Virus record (IMG/VR): IMGVR_UViG_3300037308_000134
Coordinates: 1-64,000 of that record
DNA length: 64,000 nt
From: a virus
Reading direction: 5' to 3' (one strand)
Shown: positions 8,317 through 17,298 of the stretch, piece by piece
Layout: every line of letters starts with the position of its first letter
Position numbering within the stretch: the first letter of the stretch is position 1
Position numbers and translations under genes: made by a program
The notes under the pieces: model-generated
Databases searched by the model: none
What the model saw: the letters and a program-made list of their open reading frames with translations, nothing else
What the model was told of the DNA's origin: nothing

Positions 8317-8345
8317 ACTATATCAAGATTATCACTGATTGTCAA
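8317..8345 (-). promoter_or_regulatory. Sigma70-type promoter TTGACA-17-TATAGT
   Basis: TTGACA at 8345-8340 and TATAGT at 8322-8317. This leaves a leader of only ~15 nt without SD before the ATG at 8295. Confidence 0.55.
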
Positions 8346-8350
8346 TGAAG

Positions 8351-11332
8351 TCAACAAGAAGCAAAGCCACAGGAGTAACACTTAGAACATCCTTCTTCTC
8401 TGACAAATGACATATCTCCACAAGCTGGACAAATATCTTTATTCTTATACGTAGATGGATCATGTTCTTCGTGTGAAGCGTGCTTCACATCTGCATCTAC
8501 TACACCACCGTTAACTTTAAATCCAAAATGATCTGCAAGAACTTTAGAGATGGCATCTGGCAAGCTTCTAATTCTATTCGGTCCAAATCCAACACTCTTT
8601 GATCCGCCTATACCATTAAGCTGAGCAACCAAGTGACGAACCCGATCTCTTGGTGTTGTACTATCTTCTAATCTTAAAACCAAAGACAACATTCTTCCGA
8701 GAGCATCTGCTAAAGCAGCAATATCATATCCAGGCTTACCAACGTTAACAAATATCTCATATGGATTTTCGTTAGCATCATTATTAATTGTTATATACGC
8801 ATCTCCAGTTGGTGTTTCTGTTTTATATGTGAAACCTTTCATTACGACATTACGCTTTTTACTTTGAACTTCTTTTTTAGGCTCTTCTTTTACTCTTTCT
8901 AAAACACCCTGACGACTACCCTCTCTCATATATGTAATACCCTTAAGACCAAGTTTGTACGCTTGCGTGTAAAGCTTTTTAACATCTTCTACTGTATGAT
9001 TATTTGGAGCATTAACAGTCTTTGAGATTGAAGCGTCAACATATTTTTGAATTACAGCTTGAACTTTTACATGATCTTCTGGAATTAAGTCTGAAGCAGA
9101 AGCAAGCCAATCTGGCTTTTCGTTTGGATGTTTTTCTTGCCATAATGCATAAAGATAATGACTCATCAAATGTTCTCCAATACGATCTCTACGCACAAAT
9201 TCAAACTCAAATACGGGTTCAATTCCAGAAGTTGTATTTGCCATTAAACTGGTTGATCCAGTTGGGGCTTGCATAAGAGTAAGTGAATTTCTAATACCGT
9301 TTTCTGCTATAAGTTGTTGAAGTTTTTCTGGAAGCTGTTTAATGAAGAGTCCTTGAGGATATTTTTCTTTATCAAATTTATTAAATGCGCCTTTTTCTAT
9401 TGCTATTTCTACTCCAGCTGTATATGCTACATCTCTGATTTCACGATATAGCTTATCTATGAAATCTAATGACTCTTGAGAACCGTATCGTAGATGCATC
9501 TTGATAAGTAAATCACCAAGACCCATTGTACCAAGACCAATTCTACGCTCTCCATTTAACTGTGTTTCTTTAATTGTTGGAAATACATACGGGTCCATAT
9601 CAACAACATTATCTAAAAATCTGACAGCGATTGGAACTATTTTCCTTAACAATTGCCAATCAAATGTAGCTGGAGTATCTATTGAATCCCACTTTGCTAA
9701 ATGTGATAAATTGATTGATCCAAGATTACAAACCCCATAAGGTGGAAGTGGTTCTTCACCGCAATTTGAAATAACCATATCATTGGCTATAAAATTATGC
9801 ACCACTGGTACAGTCATATCATATACATCATGTAATCCATCAATTATTTTTACAGACTTAACAAACCAATTCTTGCCAATTGGTTTCTGTAATGTATATG
9901 ATTGTTTTTTCTTATGTTTGGATTTTTTAACATATCTACCAAAACTATCTCTGTCACACCAATTAGAATGATTTAAATTACTCACAATACTATGCTGACC
10001 GTGTTCTATAACCTCTAAATTAGATAAAACATTATTTAAAGCGTTTCCATCTTTATGATGCACATCATCTTTATTAGAAACATGAAAGAATTTTGAAGCC
10101 AAAAATCTATGTTCATTATGATATTTATTACCAACTAATCCGATAGCACTATATTGTTCATTTTTCATCATTCTGTTTAATCCAATAATTTTATCTCCAT
10201 GCTCTAAATTTTTTGCTTCTTTCCATCCTTTAGTAGTTAGAATTTCATGATCTGGAGTACACGTCAGTGATCCTTTATAAGTATCAACTTTAACTACAGT
10301 AACTTGTTTACGTGTTAACCATACTTTTTCTGCTTGTCTCAATCCTAAATCACCATTTTCTTCACGACAATAAACATATGGTTTTTTACCAACTAAATCT
10401 TTAATAGACACATAACCTTCAGAAGTAAATATTTTTGTATCACCAATTACACATGGATTTACACAATTTACCTGGTTCCAGTACCAGTTGTTGTAATACT
10501 TCTGACAGCGCCCCATAAACACAACGCCTGGCTCAGCACTTTTCCACGCTGCATCTGCTATCTTATCCCATATATATCTGGCTTTGATTGTTTTATGAAC
10601 GATTACTTTCTTACCAAGCGCTTTCCATACTTTCAAATCACCATTCCATTTCTCATCATATTCTGGATCGCTTGTATCTGGAAATACTAAATTCCACTCT
10701 AAATCTTTATCTACAGCTTCCATGAAATCGTCTGAGATACATACAGATAGATTAGCGCCATTTAATTTAGTCAAATTCTGCTTAACAGTAATAAACTCTT
10801 CTATGTCTGGATGCCAATCCCACAACATTTCCATTAAAGCACCCCTTCTTGAACCGCCTTGTTGAATAATATCTTTCGTAGCTACTGAAAAGAGTTCTGC
10901 CCAATTAATCGGTCCAGAAGAAAAACCATTGACTTTTTTTACTCTAAATCCACGCGGGCGTAGACTTGATAAATTAATTCCCACACCACCGCCACGTGAC
11001 ATAATCTCTACCATCTCTTTTAATGAATCTATAATACCGCCCCTAGAATCTTTTGGGCTGGGGATGACAAAACAGTTATAGAAAGTTACAGCATAACCAG
11101 TTCCAGCTCCAGCTAAAATACGACCACCTGGAATAAACTTAAAATCTGTCATTGCATCATTAAAAAGAGCTTCCCATTTTTGGCGAAGCTCTGGAGTTTT
11201 TTCTATTGATGCTACTGCTGTTGCAACTCTTTTCCACATTTCTTCTGGAGTCTTTTCCATTGGAGAACCGTCAGGATTTTTCGCTGCATAGCGATCTAAA
11301 AACACCTTTTCTGATAAGCCCGTGAGTTGCAT
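8351..11332 (-). CDS. nrdJ: Class II (adenosylcobalamin-dependent) ribonucleotide reductase interrupted by an intein
   Basis: GGGVGINLSSLRPRG, split NPC/CGE active-site motif and C-terminal CPACG...CSKCYSCG zinc module. 993 aa including a 230-aa insert. Confidence 0.9.
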   Translation of the reverse strand: MQLTGLSEKVFLDRYAAKNPDGSPMEKTPEEMWKRVATAVASIEKTPELRQKWEALFNDAMTDFKFIPGGRILAGAGTGYAVTFYNCFVIPSPKDSRGGIIDSLKEMVEIMSRGGGVGINLSSLRPRGFRVKKVNGFSSGPINWAELFSVATKDIIQQGGSRRGALMEMLWDWHPDIEEFITVKQNLTKLNGANLSVCISDDFMEAVDKDLEWNLVFPDTSDPEYDEKWNGDLKVWKALGKKVIVHKTIKARYIWDKIADAAWKSAEPGVVFMGRCQKYYNNWYWNQVNCVNPCVIGDTKIFTSEGYVSIKDLVGKKPYVYCREENGDLGLRQAEKVWLTRKQVTVVKVDTYKGSLTCTPDHEILTTKGWKEAKNLEHGDKIIGLNRMMKNEQYSAIGLVGNKYHNEHRFLASKFFHVSNKDDVHHKDGNALNNVLSNLEVIEHGQHSIVSNLNHSNWCDRDSFGRYVKKSKHKKKQSYTLQKPIGKNWFVKSVKIIDGLHDVYDMTVPVVHNFIANDMVISNCGEEPLPPYGVCNLGSINLSHLAKWDSIDTPATFDWQLLRKIVPIAVRFLDNVVDMDPYVFPTIKETQLNGERRIGLGTMGLGDLLIKMHLRYGSQESLDFIDKLYREIRDVAYTAGVEIAIEKGAFNKFDKEKYPQGLFIKQLPEKLQQLIAENGIRNSLTLMQAPTGSTSLMANTTSGIEPVFEFEFVRRDRIGEHLMSHYLYALWQEKHPNEKPDWLASASDLIPEDHVKVQAVIQKYVDASISKTVNAPNNHTVEDVKKLYTQAYKLGLKGITYMREGSRQGVLERVKEEPKKEVQSKKRNVVMKGFTYKTETPTGDAYITINNDANENPYEIFVNVGKPGYDIAALADALGRMLSLVLRLEDSTTPRDRVRHLVAQLNGIGGSKSVGFGPNRIRSLPDAISKVLADHFGFKVNGGVVDADVKHASHEEHDPSTYKNKDICPACGDMSFVREEGCSKCYSCGFASC
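9764..10453 (-). mobile_element. Intein (aa 294-523 of NrdJ) carrying an HNH homing-endonuclease domain
   Basis: Begins at Cys (CVIGDTKI), has TCTPDHEILT block B, internal HHKDGNALNN...EHGQH, and ends VVHNFIANDMVISN followed by +1 Cys of CGEEP. Codons checked at both junctions. Confidence 0.85.
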
Positions 11333-11358
11333 AATTTAAAAAATAAGGGGTTACAACA

Positions 11359-11387
11359 ATTACACTATTTATTTAATACATTGTCAA
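11359..11387 (-). promoter_or_regulatory. Sigma70-type promoter TTGACA-17-TGTAAT upstream of nrdJ
   Basis: TTGACA at 11387-11382 and TGTAAT at 11364-11359. Confidence 0.5.
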
Positions 11388-11424
11388 TATAGACAAACTA
11401 TATCTTTTGATGACATAGTTAAAC

Positions 11425-11457
11425 AAAATAGCACACCCTTGCGAGCGTGCTATTTTT
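11425..11457 (-). terminator. Intrinsic (bidirectional) terminator after 11502..12020
   Basis: AAAATAGCAC...GTGCTATTTT inverted repeat flanked by A and T runs. Confidence 0.7.
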
Positions 11458-11501
11458 ATTTCCAACATGCTGGAAACAAAAGCCCTATCTACAAACTCTT
11501 C

Positions 11502-12020
11502 TTACGATTCGTCATAAACCCAAGTAAACTGTCCAAAATCGGTGTCACCAGCTGGTGCATCACTTGACGTAGTTAGCTGAACACGAAGATATGAAGGACC
11601 ATATCCAGTTGTGTTGCCAAGAGTCAATGAACCAAGAGCAATTGCTGAAGCAGTTGCAGATGATGTTGGAACCGCTGCGTTAGAAGCTCCACCGTCTGCG
11701 ATTGCTGTAGACGAATTGGTTGCTTGCGTATAGCCGTTAGTAACTGTTCCAACAGCTCCATACTTAGTATTGGTGAACGAAGACGACATGTAAAAACGAA
11801 TGTTGGAAAACGTATTAGTTGCTGTCGTAGAGAAATACGGTCTCATATGCACTCCGTAGGAGTTTTGTCCTGCTGGAATGTTAGAGCCTGCTGTATTGTA
11901 ATCAGCAGTTCCCGCTGTAGTTCCCTGTTTAAAATACCAAAGAGAGCCAGTAGCTCCTAAAAGAGACACTGTTCCTGATCCTGTGCTGTATTGCTGTGCG
12001 ACTGAAAATGTAGCTGCCAT
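11502..12020 (-). CDS. Ser/Thr/Gly/Ala-rich small structural protein (likely abundant virion component)
   Basis: Strong SD AAAGGAGGTGA and a terminator immediately downstream. Lies in the head-gene neighbourhood. Composition resembles the partial ORF at 1..847. Confidence 0.6.
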   Translation of the reverse strand: MAATFSVAQQYSTGSGTVSLLGATGSLWYFKQGTTAGTADYNTAGSNIPAGQNSYGVHMRPYFSTTATNTFSNIRFYMSSSFTNTKYGAVGTVTNGYTQATNSSTAIADGGASNAAVPTSSATASAIALGSLTLGNTTGYGPSYLRVQLTTSSDAPAGDTDFGQFTWVYDES

Positions 12021-12054
12021 ATAACCTATTCACCTCCTTTCAAAGCATAAACTC

Positions 12055-12420
12055 TTACGCTATGACATCATCTACGCTAGACGTAAATGGTTTCTTTTTA
12101 TTATCTTTGTTGTAATATTTCGGCATCTTATCTTTAATTTTGTTGCTTTCTGCTGTAGTTAAGCTTTCGTGTTTATTGCCATAAAAAATTCTCTTTTGTT
12201 TTAGAATTAATTCCTCTTCTTCAAATGTCACACCATCTTCTTTAGCGTATGCTCCAATAATGTCTTCTGGAGCAAAATAACCTTCTGGAATCCCTTCTGC
12301 ACTCAAACAACGAAGAGCGTATCCATTATCAATAAGCCATTGACCAGCAGATTTATTAGTTGACCACACAACTTGATCTTTTTTCGTACCTGGATAATCA
12401 TTGATAAATTTAATCCACAT
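12055..12420 (-). CDS. Hypothetical protein
   Basis: Start trimmed to MWIKFINDYPG, preceded by SD AAAGGAGGTG. Confidence 0.65.
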   Translation of the reverse strand: MWIKFINDYPGTKKDQVVWSTNKSAGQWLIDNGYALRCLSAEGIPEGYFAPEDIIGAYAKEDGVTFEEEELILKQKRIFYGNKHESLTTAESNKIKDKMPKYYNKDNKKKPFTSSVDDVIA

Positions 12421-12440
12421 ATGCACCTCCTTTTCTCCAC

Positions 12441-12467
12441 AAAAAAAGCTCACGCAAAGGTGAGCTT
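12441..12467 (-). terminator. Intrinsic terminator hairpin (AAGCUCAC-N6-GUGAGCUU + U7) inside the leader of 12055..12420
   Basis: 8-bp stem 12446-12453/12460-12467 with a U-run followed by GUGGA. Confidence 0.7.
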
Positions 12468-12519
12468 AAGCAACGAATTGCTAACGGGACCTGAATATCC
12501 CTTTAATTCTCCTGAAACA

Positions 12520-12549
12520 ATTGTATAGTACTATATCAAACTATGTCAA
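12520..12549 (-). promoter_or_regulatory. Sigma70-type promoter TTGACA-18-TACAAT
   Basis: TTGACA at 12549-12544, 3 nt after the stop of 12552..13334. TACAAT at 12525-12520. Confidence 0.55.
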
Positions 12550-12551
12550 GT

Positions 12552-13334
12552 CTATCCAGGCACAATAAAACATCTACAACCAATATGGATTGGTGTGGTC
12601 TTATTTCCACTTGGAAATTCATCTTCTAAAGATATTGAGCCAGCAGCTTCATCTGCTGTGCAAATTGGACAAACCAACTCATCTCTAGATGTAATTAAAC
12701 GCTTCATCATAATTCCCTTTTCTTCAAATGCAGACAATGTAATCATGCCCAAAAGCATAGCTGCTTCTTGTTCAGCTATTACATCTGATCTATATTGGAC
12801 TATCTTTTCCAAACCAGAACGAAGATTTTTGGAGATATCATAATGTGACTGACCGATATTTACAGACTGATAAATAACTTTAGCCATCCATTCTTTGGTT
12901 GTATCTTCAACTGATTCTAATGTTGTTTTCTGTTGTTTTTTGATAGCACGAAGCAACTTCTTACTAATTTCAAACTCACCATCTAAACCAACATCTCTGT
13001 ATGCAAATTCACCAGCTGTTTGGGCAACATATTTAAGATAAGATTCATAATCTTCTATAGCTAAGATGGTAGTTAATGGAAGCCAAACACTATCTAAATT
13101 ACTTCTAATCTCTTTATATGGAATTTCATCAGCTTTAAATACACCGACTATTGTATTAATAGTTTGGATGGAAGATATTTTATCTATCTGTTTAGACAAA
13201 GAAGAATATAGCTCGTTTCTAAACTTTCTGTATTCCTCAGAACGCAGAATAGTCTCAAGAGCTACGTTATATCGGGATTGCTTGAAAAATCCCTCAATCG
13301 TCTGGAGTAATTTGATTACTGTTTGGCGTTTCAT
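12552..13334 (-). CDS. Minor head (head morphogenesis) protein, SPP1 gp7 / Mu F-like
   Basis: C-terminal CPICTADE...TPIHIGCRCFIVP motif. Lies directly downstream of the portal gene. Confidence 0.7.
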   Translation of the reverse strand: MKRQTVIKLLQTIEGFFKQSRYNVALETILRSEEYRKFRNELYSSLSKQIDKISSIQTINTIVGVFKADEIPYKEIRSNLDSVWLPLTTILAIEDYESYLKYVAQTAGEFAYRDVGLDGEFEISKKLLRAIKKQQKTTLESVEDTTKEWMAKVIYQSVNIGQSHYDISKNLRSGLEKIVQYRSDVIAEQEAAMLLGMITLSAFEEKGIMMKRLITSRDELVCPICTADEAAGSISLEDEFPSGNKTTPIHIGCRCFIVPG

Positions 13335-15126
13335 GCTTAACTATTTCTGATAACTGTTCGTGCAATTTCAGCACGCTTTCCATAATATCATTCTCTTTAG
13401 AGATAAGTGGATTAAATAATCCATCTAAGTCTTCTTTTGTACGAGCGCTTCTTACGCCATCTTTAATAACTTTTTGTGTTCGTAAGTCTATAATATCACT
13501 CTTAAAATCACGTGGAACAATACCAGATTTCATATCTTTAATTGCAACTTTTTTCCATCTCTTCAACTCTTCAATAACATCTTCACGACTGTATTTCTGT
13601 ATCTCAGATTCAACATCAGTTTTTTGACCTGGAGTTTTTTCTGGAGGTGGAGTTGAGTTTGGATCATAACCAGTTGGTTTCTGATTATTGCTTGGTGTTT
13701 CTGATTCTGGAACTTTTGGTTTCTTACCACCAGAAATTGTTGAATTAGCACCCTGCCTCTGATAATTATATGGAATAAGCGGAGTGCCACGTTCTGATGC
13801 TCCAACAAAGTCTTTAACCATAATAGGTCCAACTGGAGTCATAATATAATGCGATAAACCAAGAGGCGTCATACCCTCTCCGACACGCCATTCATCAATA
13901 GACACAGCTCCAGTGGTTACAAGTTTTGCAAATACATCTGCTTCTTCTTTCTTATTAGTTGGATTAATATTTGTCCACACAAATTCATAATCTGGTTGCT
14001 TCAAATCTTCTTGAATAATCTGATCCATGATCTCTTTAATAAAATGAGCTAATGGATATAAACCTCTTTCTTTACCAATCTCCCATTCAGCTTCAGTTGC
14101 TCCTTTGCCACGCTCAAATTGAAATCCAATAGCCTGTGGTGGAACTTCCATTACGCTGCATGTCTGAAGCAAAAGCCACTTATCAAACTTCTCAAACTCC
14201 ATATCTTCTGATTTCCGAAGTGGAGTATACTTCATACCTTCTGGTAAGAATTTAATCTTGCGTGTGAATTTTGCATTACCAGAAAACATAGCATCCCAAG
14301 CCTCTTGCCACAATCTAAGCTGATCTTGATTGCTTGCAATTTCTTTTGGAAGTTCTACGAATCCCTCTGGAACGTTACCTTCTGTTAAGAAGTTCAAGTT
14401 GTACGTAGAAAGTTTTAACGCAGTGGATACGGTAATAATCAATGTTTCAACTGGAGAAAGACCATATGGAGTGTTAGTACGTGGATTCATCATCCTATAA
14501 ATCATTTCTTCTATAGTAAATTGACCAGTAGTTTCACCTTTTATCTTTTGGATATATGCTGGATTTGGAGGTTGAGGAACTGTGCCATCTTCACTGAGCA
14601 ACATTTCTATTGTTGTTGCATCTATTGGAAGAAAACCGTATAAACCACCTTTTAAATTTTTTCGTCTATAAATAGATACACCATCCAACACCAATATATC
14701 TTCTAATATACGATTTAAAAATGTTCTGAATGTGGTTGCCTTATCTCCAGTTGGATAACGGAAAAACTCTTTAATCTGTTTAGCTTCTTTATCAGCTTTA
14801 TCAACATCTTCTTTTTTAAATTTAACTTCTGTTGGAGTTATATCCCACTCTAATTGCGTAATCTGTCTTTTACGATAATTTACACAAGAACGAAGTATTG
14901 GATAATATAATGAAAAATCACGCAATGTTTTAAAGTTATAACCACGAGGATATAGTCTTGAATTAGACGAAGAAGACCTGCCAACTCCAGCAGGTGGATA
15001 ATAATAAAAATTAGAAGGCTCTTGGACCTGTAGACTCTTTTCTACAGTTTCTTTTTTAAATTCGTCTATTGATTCCTTAATTATTGGACTAATTGCCTTC
15101 TTTAGCAATGTGTCCCAAATTGACAT
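13294..15126 (-). CDS. Portal protein
   Basis: 610 aa, located between TerL and the gp7-like head protein. No diagnostic motif recognised; call is from synteny and size. Confidence 0.65.
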   Translation of the reverse strand: MSIWDTLLKKAISPIIKESIDEFKKETVEKSLQVQEPSNFYYYPPAGVGRSSSSNSRLYPRGYNFKTLRDFSLYYPILRSCVNYRKRQITQLEWDITPTEVKFKKEDVDKADKEAKQIKEFFRYPTGDKATTFRTFLNRILEDILVLDGVSIYRRKNLKGGLYGFLPIDATTIEMLLSEDGTVPQPPNPAYIQKIKGETTGQFTIEEMIYRMMNPRTNTPYGLSPVETLIITVSTALKLSTYNLNFLTEGNVPEGFVELPKEIASNQDQLRLWQEAWDAMFSGNAKFTRKIKFLPEGMKYTPLRKSEDMEFEKFDKWLLLQTCSVMEVPPQAIGFQFERGKGATEAEWEIGKERGLYPLAHFIKEIMDQIIQEDLKQPDYEFVWTNINPTNKKEEADVFAKLVTTGAVSIDEWRVGEGMTPLGLSHYIMTPVGPIMVKDFVGASERGTPLIPYNYQRQGANSTISGGKKPKVPESETPSNNQKPTGYDPNSTPPPEKTPGQKTDVESEIQKYSREDVIEELKRWKKVAIKDMKSGIVPRDFKSDIIDLRTQKVIKDGVRSARTKEDLDGLFNPLISKENDIMESVLKLHEQLSEIVKHETPNSNQITPDD

Positions 15127-15127
15127 A

Positions 15128-16825
15128 TTAATTAATAGGCTTTGCTCTTTGTCTAAACCATTGCAACAAATCCATTCTTGGTTGTTGTTCAGGTTCTATA
15201 TAATACTTTAGCAACGCCTCTCCAGTAACATCACGCATAGCTGCTATTCTAGCGTAATTTAAAGCATGCAAATAATGATCTGCACCTTTCTCTATCCATT
15301 TAGCTACGTCAACCCCTGTATTTTTTTGCTTCTCCGTCACCCTCACTGATGACTGAAGATGATCATAGAATCCTTCAACTTGTTCTATATTCACTGGCAA
15401 CTCTATACGTTGACCTTGGATATCACTTATAAGATAATCTATTGACACCGTTCTGTCAAGTGTGGCTTCTTTTTTAATTTCATCCCATCGTATATATTCT
15501 TGACCATAAAATTTAGCATTGGAGTATTCTGCTGCGAAAACTTTATTTGGAAATGCTTCAATTACTTCATTAACCTTTGTCACTTCTGGTCGTTTATCAA
15601 TTACCAATATCTTTACATCAAAGTTTTTCATAATTGCTTCAACCGTTCCAATCGGTCCAAAAAAACCATTTAACGTTCCAGCCCAAACAATTCTTGGTAC
15701 ACCAGATTCTGTTTTTTTAAAAACTACACAATGTAAATATTTCACACCAACATCAACTCCAGCGTAACAACCTCTTGCATTATTATCTGGAAATAAATAA
15801 TTACGCTTACATCTGTCTAAATCAGAAGTATTTAATTGTTGACCAGTAATATCATATGCTAATCCTAAAACTTGATTATAAAATTGTTGTAAATCAGCAA
15901 AACCACTATAGCTTGCATCATTATATGCTTTAACTAATTCCTCAACAGTTCTTTGTGGATTATATAAACCATTAATTTTATATCCATGAACAGTAGACTC
16001 TGGATTTAAAGCTTCCCATCTACCATCTTTTAATCTATCTATTTTTTTACCACATTGCGTACAATGCACTATACATTTCTCCATATCTATATTTTTAAAG
16101 AAATCTAATTCTTGCCACGTTTTACATTCATCACACATAATTTGCCATACCATTTGGTTGCTTTCATTATAAGCAGCATCTATGCCAAGACCTGGAAGAG
16201 TTGGAGTAGATATTTCTCTACGCCATTTTAAATCAGAAGCTAATAAACGTTTGTCTATAAATGGAACGCTGGATTGTAAAAATCTATCACGCTCATCCAG
16301 TACAATCATATCTGCGTCTATTGTGATTATTTGCTTTTCATTTTGTGAACCACGTAAGTATAAATGACCTTTACCAATTCTTTTAAGCGCAATCTTTTGA
16401 ATAGTTTTATCAGCAGTTTCTATTTTGTCACGAAGATAGTCAGAATTTAATAAAACTGGATCAAGACGGGCTTGAACAAAATCTTGAAGATGAGCTTGGG
16501 TAGGAAACGTATAAAGTACGTTCATTCCTTTTTGTTCACATACCCACACAGATTCTGCAAGCTGACGCTCTGAAAGACCCATCTGAGCAGCTTTTTTATA
16601 AACTATGTTTGGATATTGGTCTTGATAAACCTGAACTAAATATTTACGCTTAGTGAAGTCTAATGGATTGCCACGAGCTGTTGTCCAAACAGCCATACAC
16701 CAAGTGAAGAAATCATTCAGATTCTCCTTCTTCAACTTCTGGCTCGCTAACGTCAGAAGCTTCAGATATAGTGCGTCTTGCTCTTGATCGCTTAAGGACT
16801 GCAATAAGCTCAAGTAATTCTTCAT
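15128..16825 (-). CDS. terL: Terminase large subunit (GpA-like)
   Basis: Walker B-like ADMIVLDERDRF and zinc module CDECK...CTQCGK between the ATPase and nuclease halves. Next to the portal gene. Start uncertain because of a 113-nt overlap with the upstream ORF. Confidence 0.8.
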   Translation of the reverse strand: MKNYLSLLQSLSDQEQDALYLKLLTLASQKLKKENLNDFFTWCMAVWTTARGNPLDFTKRKYLVQVYQDQYPNIVYKKAAQMGLSERQLAESVWVCEQKGMNVLYTFPTQAHLQDFVQARLDPVLLNSDYLRDKIETADKTIQKIALKRIGKGHLYLRGSQNEKQIITIDADMIVLDERDRFLQSSVPFIDKRLLASDLKWRREISTPTLPGLGIDAAYNESNQMVWQIMCDECKTWQELDFFKNIDMEKCIVHCTQCGKKIDRLKDGRWEALNPESTVHGYKINGLYNPQRTVEELVKAYNDASYSGFADLQQFYNQVLGLAYDITGQQLNTSDLDRCKRNYLFPDNNARGCYAGVDVGVKYLHCVVFKKTESGVPRIVWAGTLNGFFGPIGTVEAIMKNFDVKILVIDKRPEVTKVNEVIEAFPNKVFAAEYSNAKFYGQEYIRWDEIKKEATLDRTVSIDYLISDIQGQRIELPVNIEQVEGFYDHLQSSVRVTEKQKNTGVDVAKWIEKGADHYLHALNYARIAAMRDVTGEALLKYYIEPEQQPRMDLLQWFRQRAKPIN

Positions 16826-17297
16826 ATGATAGCTCCTCTACCATTCTATCTAAATTGGTTTTAGGTCCTCCTTGTATATTTATTTGTGTCAGATTAGACG
16901 GTTGGTTATCTAATCCAAGAGCTTTACGCTCTTGTTCCATTCCGCTTACAACTAACTTTCTCGCTTCATTCACACCAAGACTTTGTGATTCAACTGTTTT
17001 AAGTTTCTCTGCCCCTTTTAACTGTAAAAATCGTGATAATCTTGCCTGTCGCTCACGAGCTTCAACTAGATTAGTTGCTTCTTTTTGTACGCCAACCTCT
17101 TCTACTTTAGCTAATACCTTATCACGATATTGACGCTTCTCTCTCGCCCAACCAGCAGTGTAATTGTTAAAGAATTTAGTAATGCCTTTAGAAGCTAAAA
17201 AATCTTTAATAGTTAAAATATCACTTGTTAAAAATTCTGCTTTTAGCTTTTTCCAGTCATTACGTTGCTTAACTGGTTTATCTGTTTCATTGTCCAT
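16713..17297 (-). CDS. terS: Putative terminase small subunit
   Basis: 194-aa charged protein directly upstream of terL. Call from position only. Confidence 0.5.
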   Translation of the reverse strand: MDNETDKPVKQRNDWKKLKAEFLTSDILTIKDFLASKGITKFFNNYTAGWAREKRQYRDKVLAKVEEVGVQKEATNLVEARERQARLSRFLQLKGAEKLKTVESQSLGVNEARKLVVSGMEQERKALGLDNQPSNLTQINIQGGPKTNLDRMVEELSYEELLELIAVLKRSRARRTISEASDVSEPEVEEGESE

Positions 17298-17298
17298 A

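Noticed and set aside
16713-16825. 113-nt TerS/TerL overlap as a programmed frameshift site
   Set aside because: I saw no slippery heptamer or downstream structure. An internal Met (MAVWTTARGNP) could be the true TerL start, which would remove the overlap.
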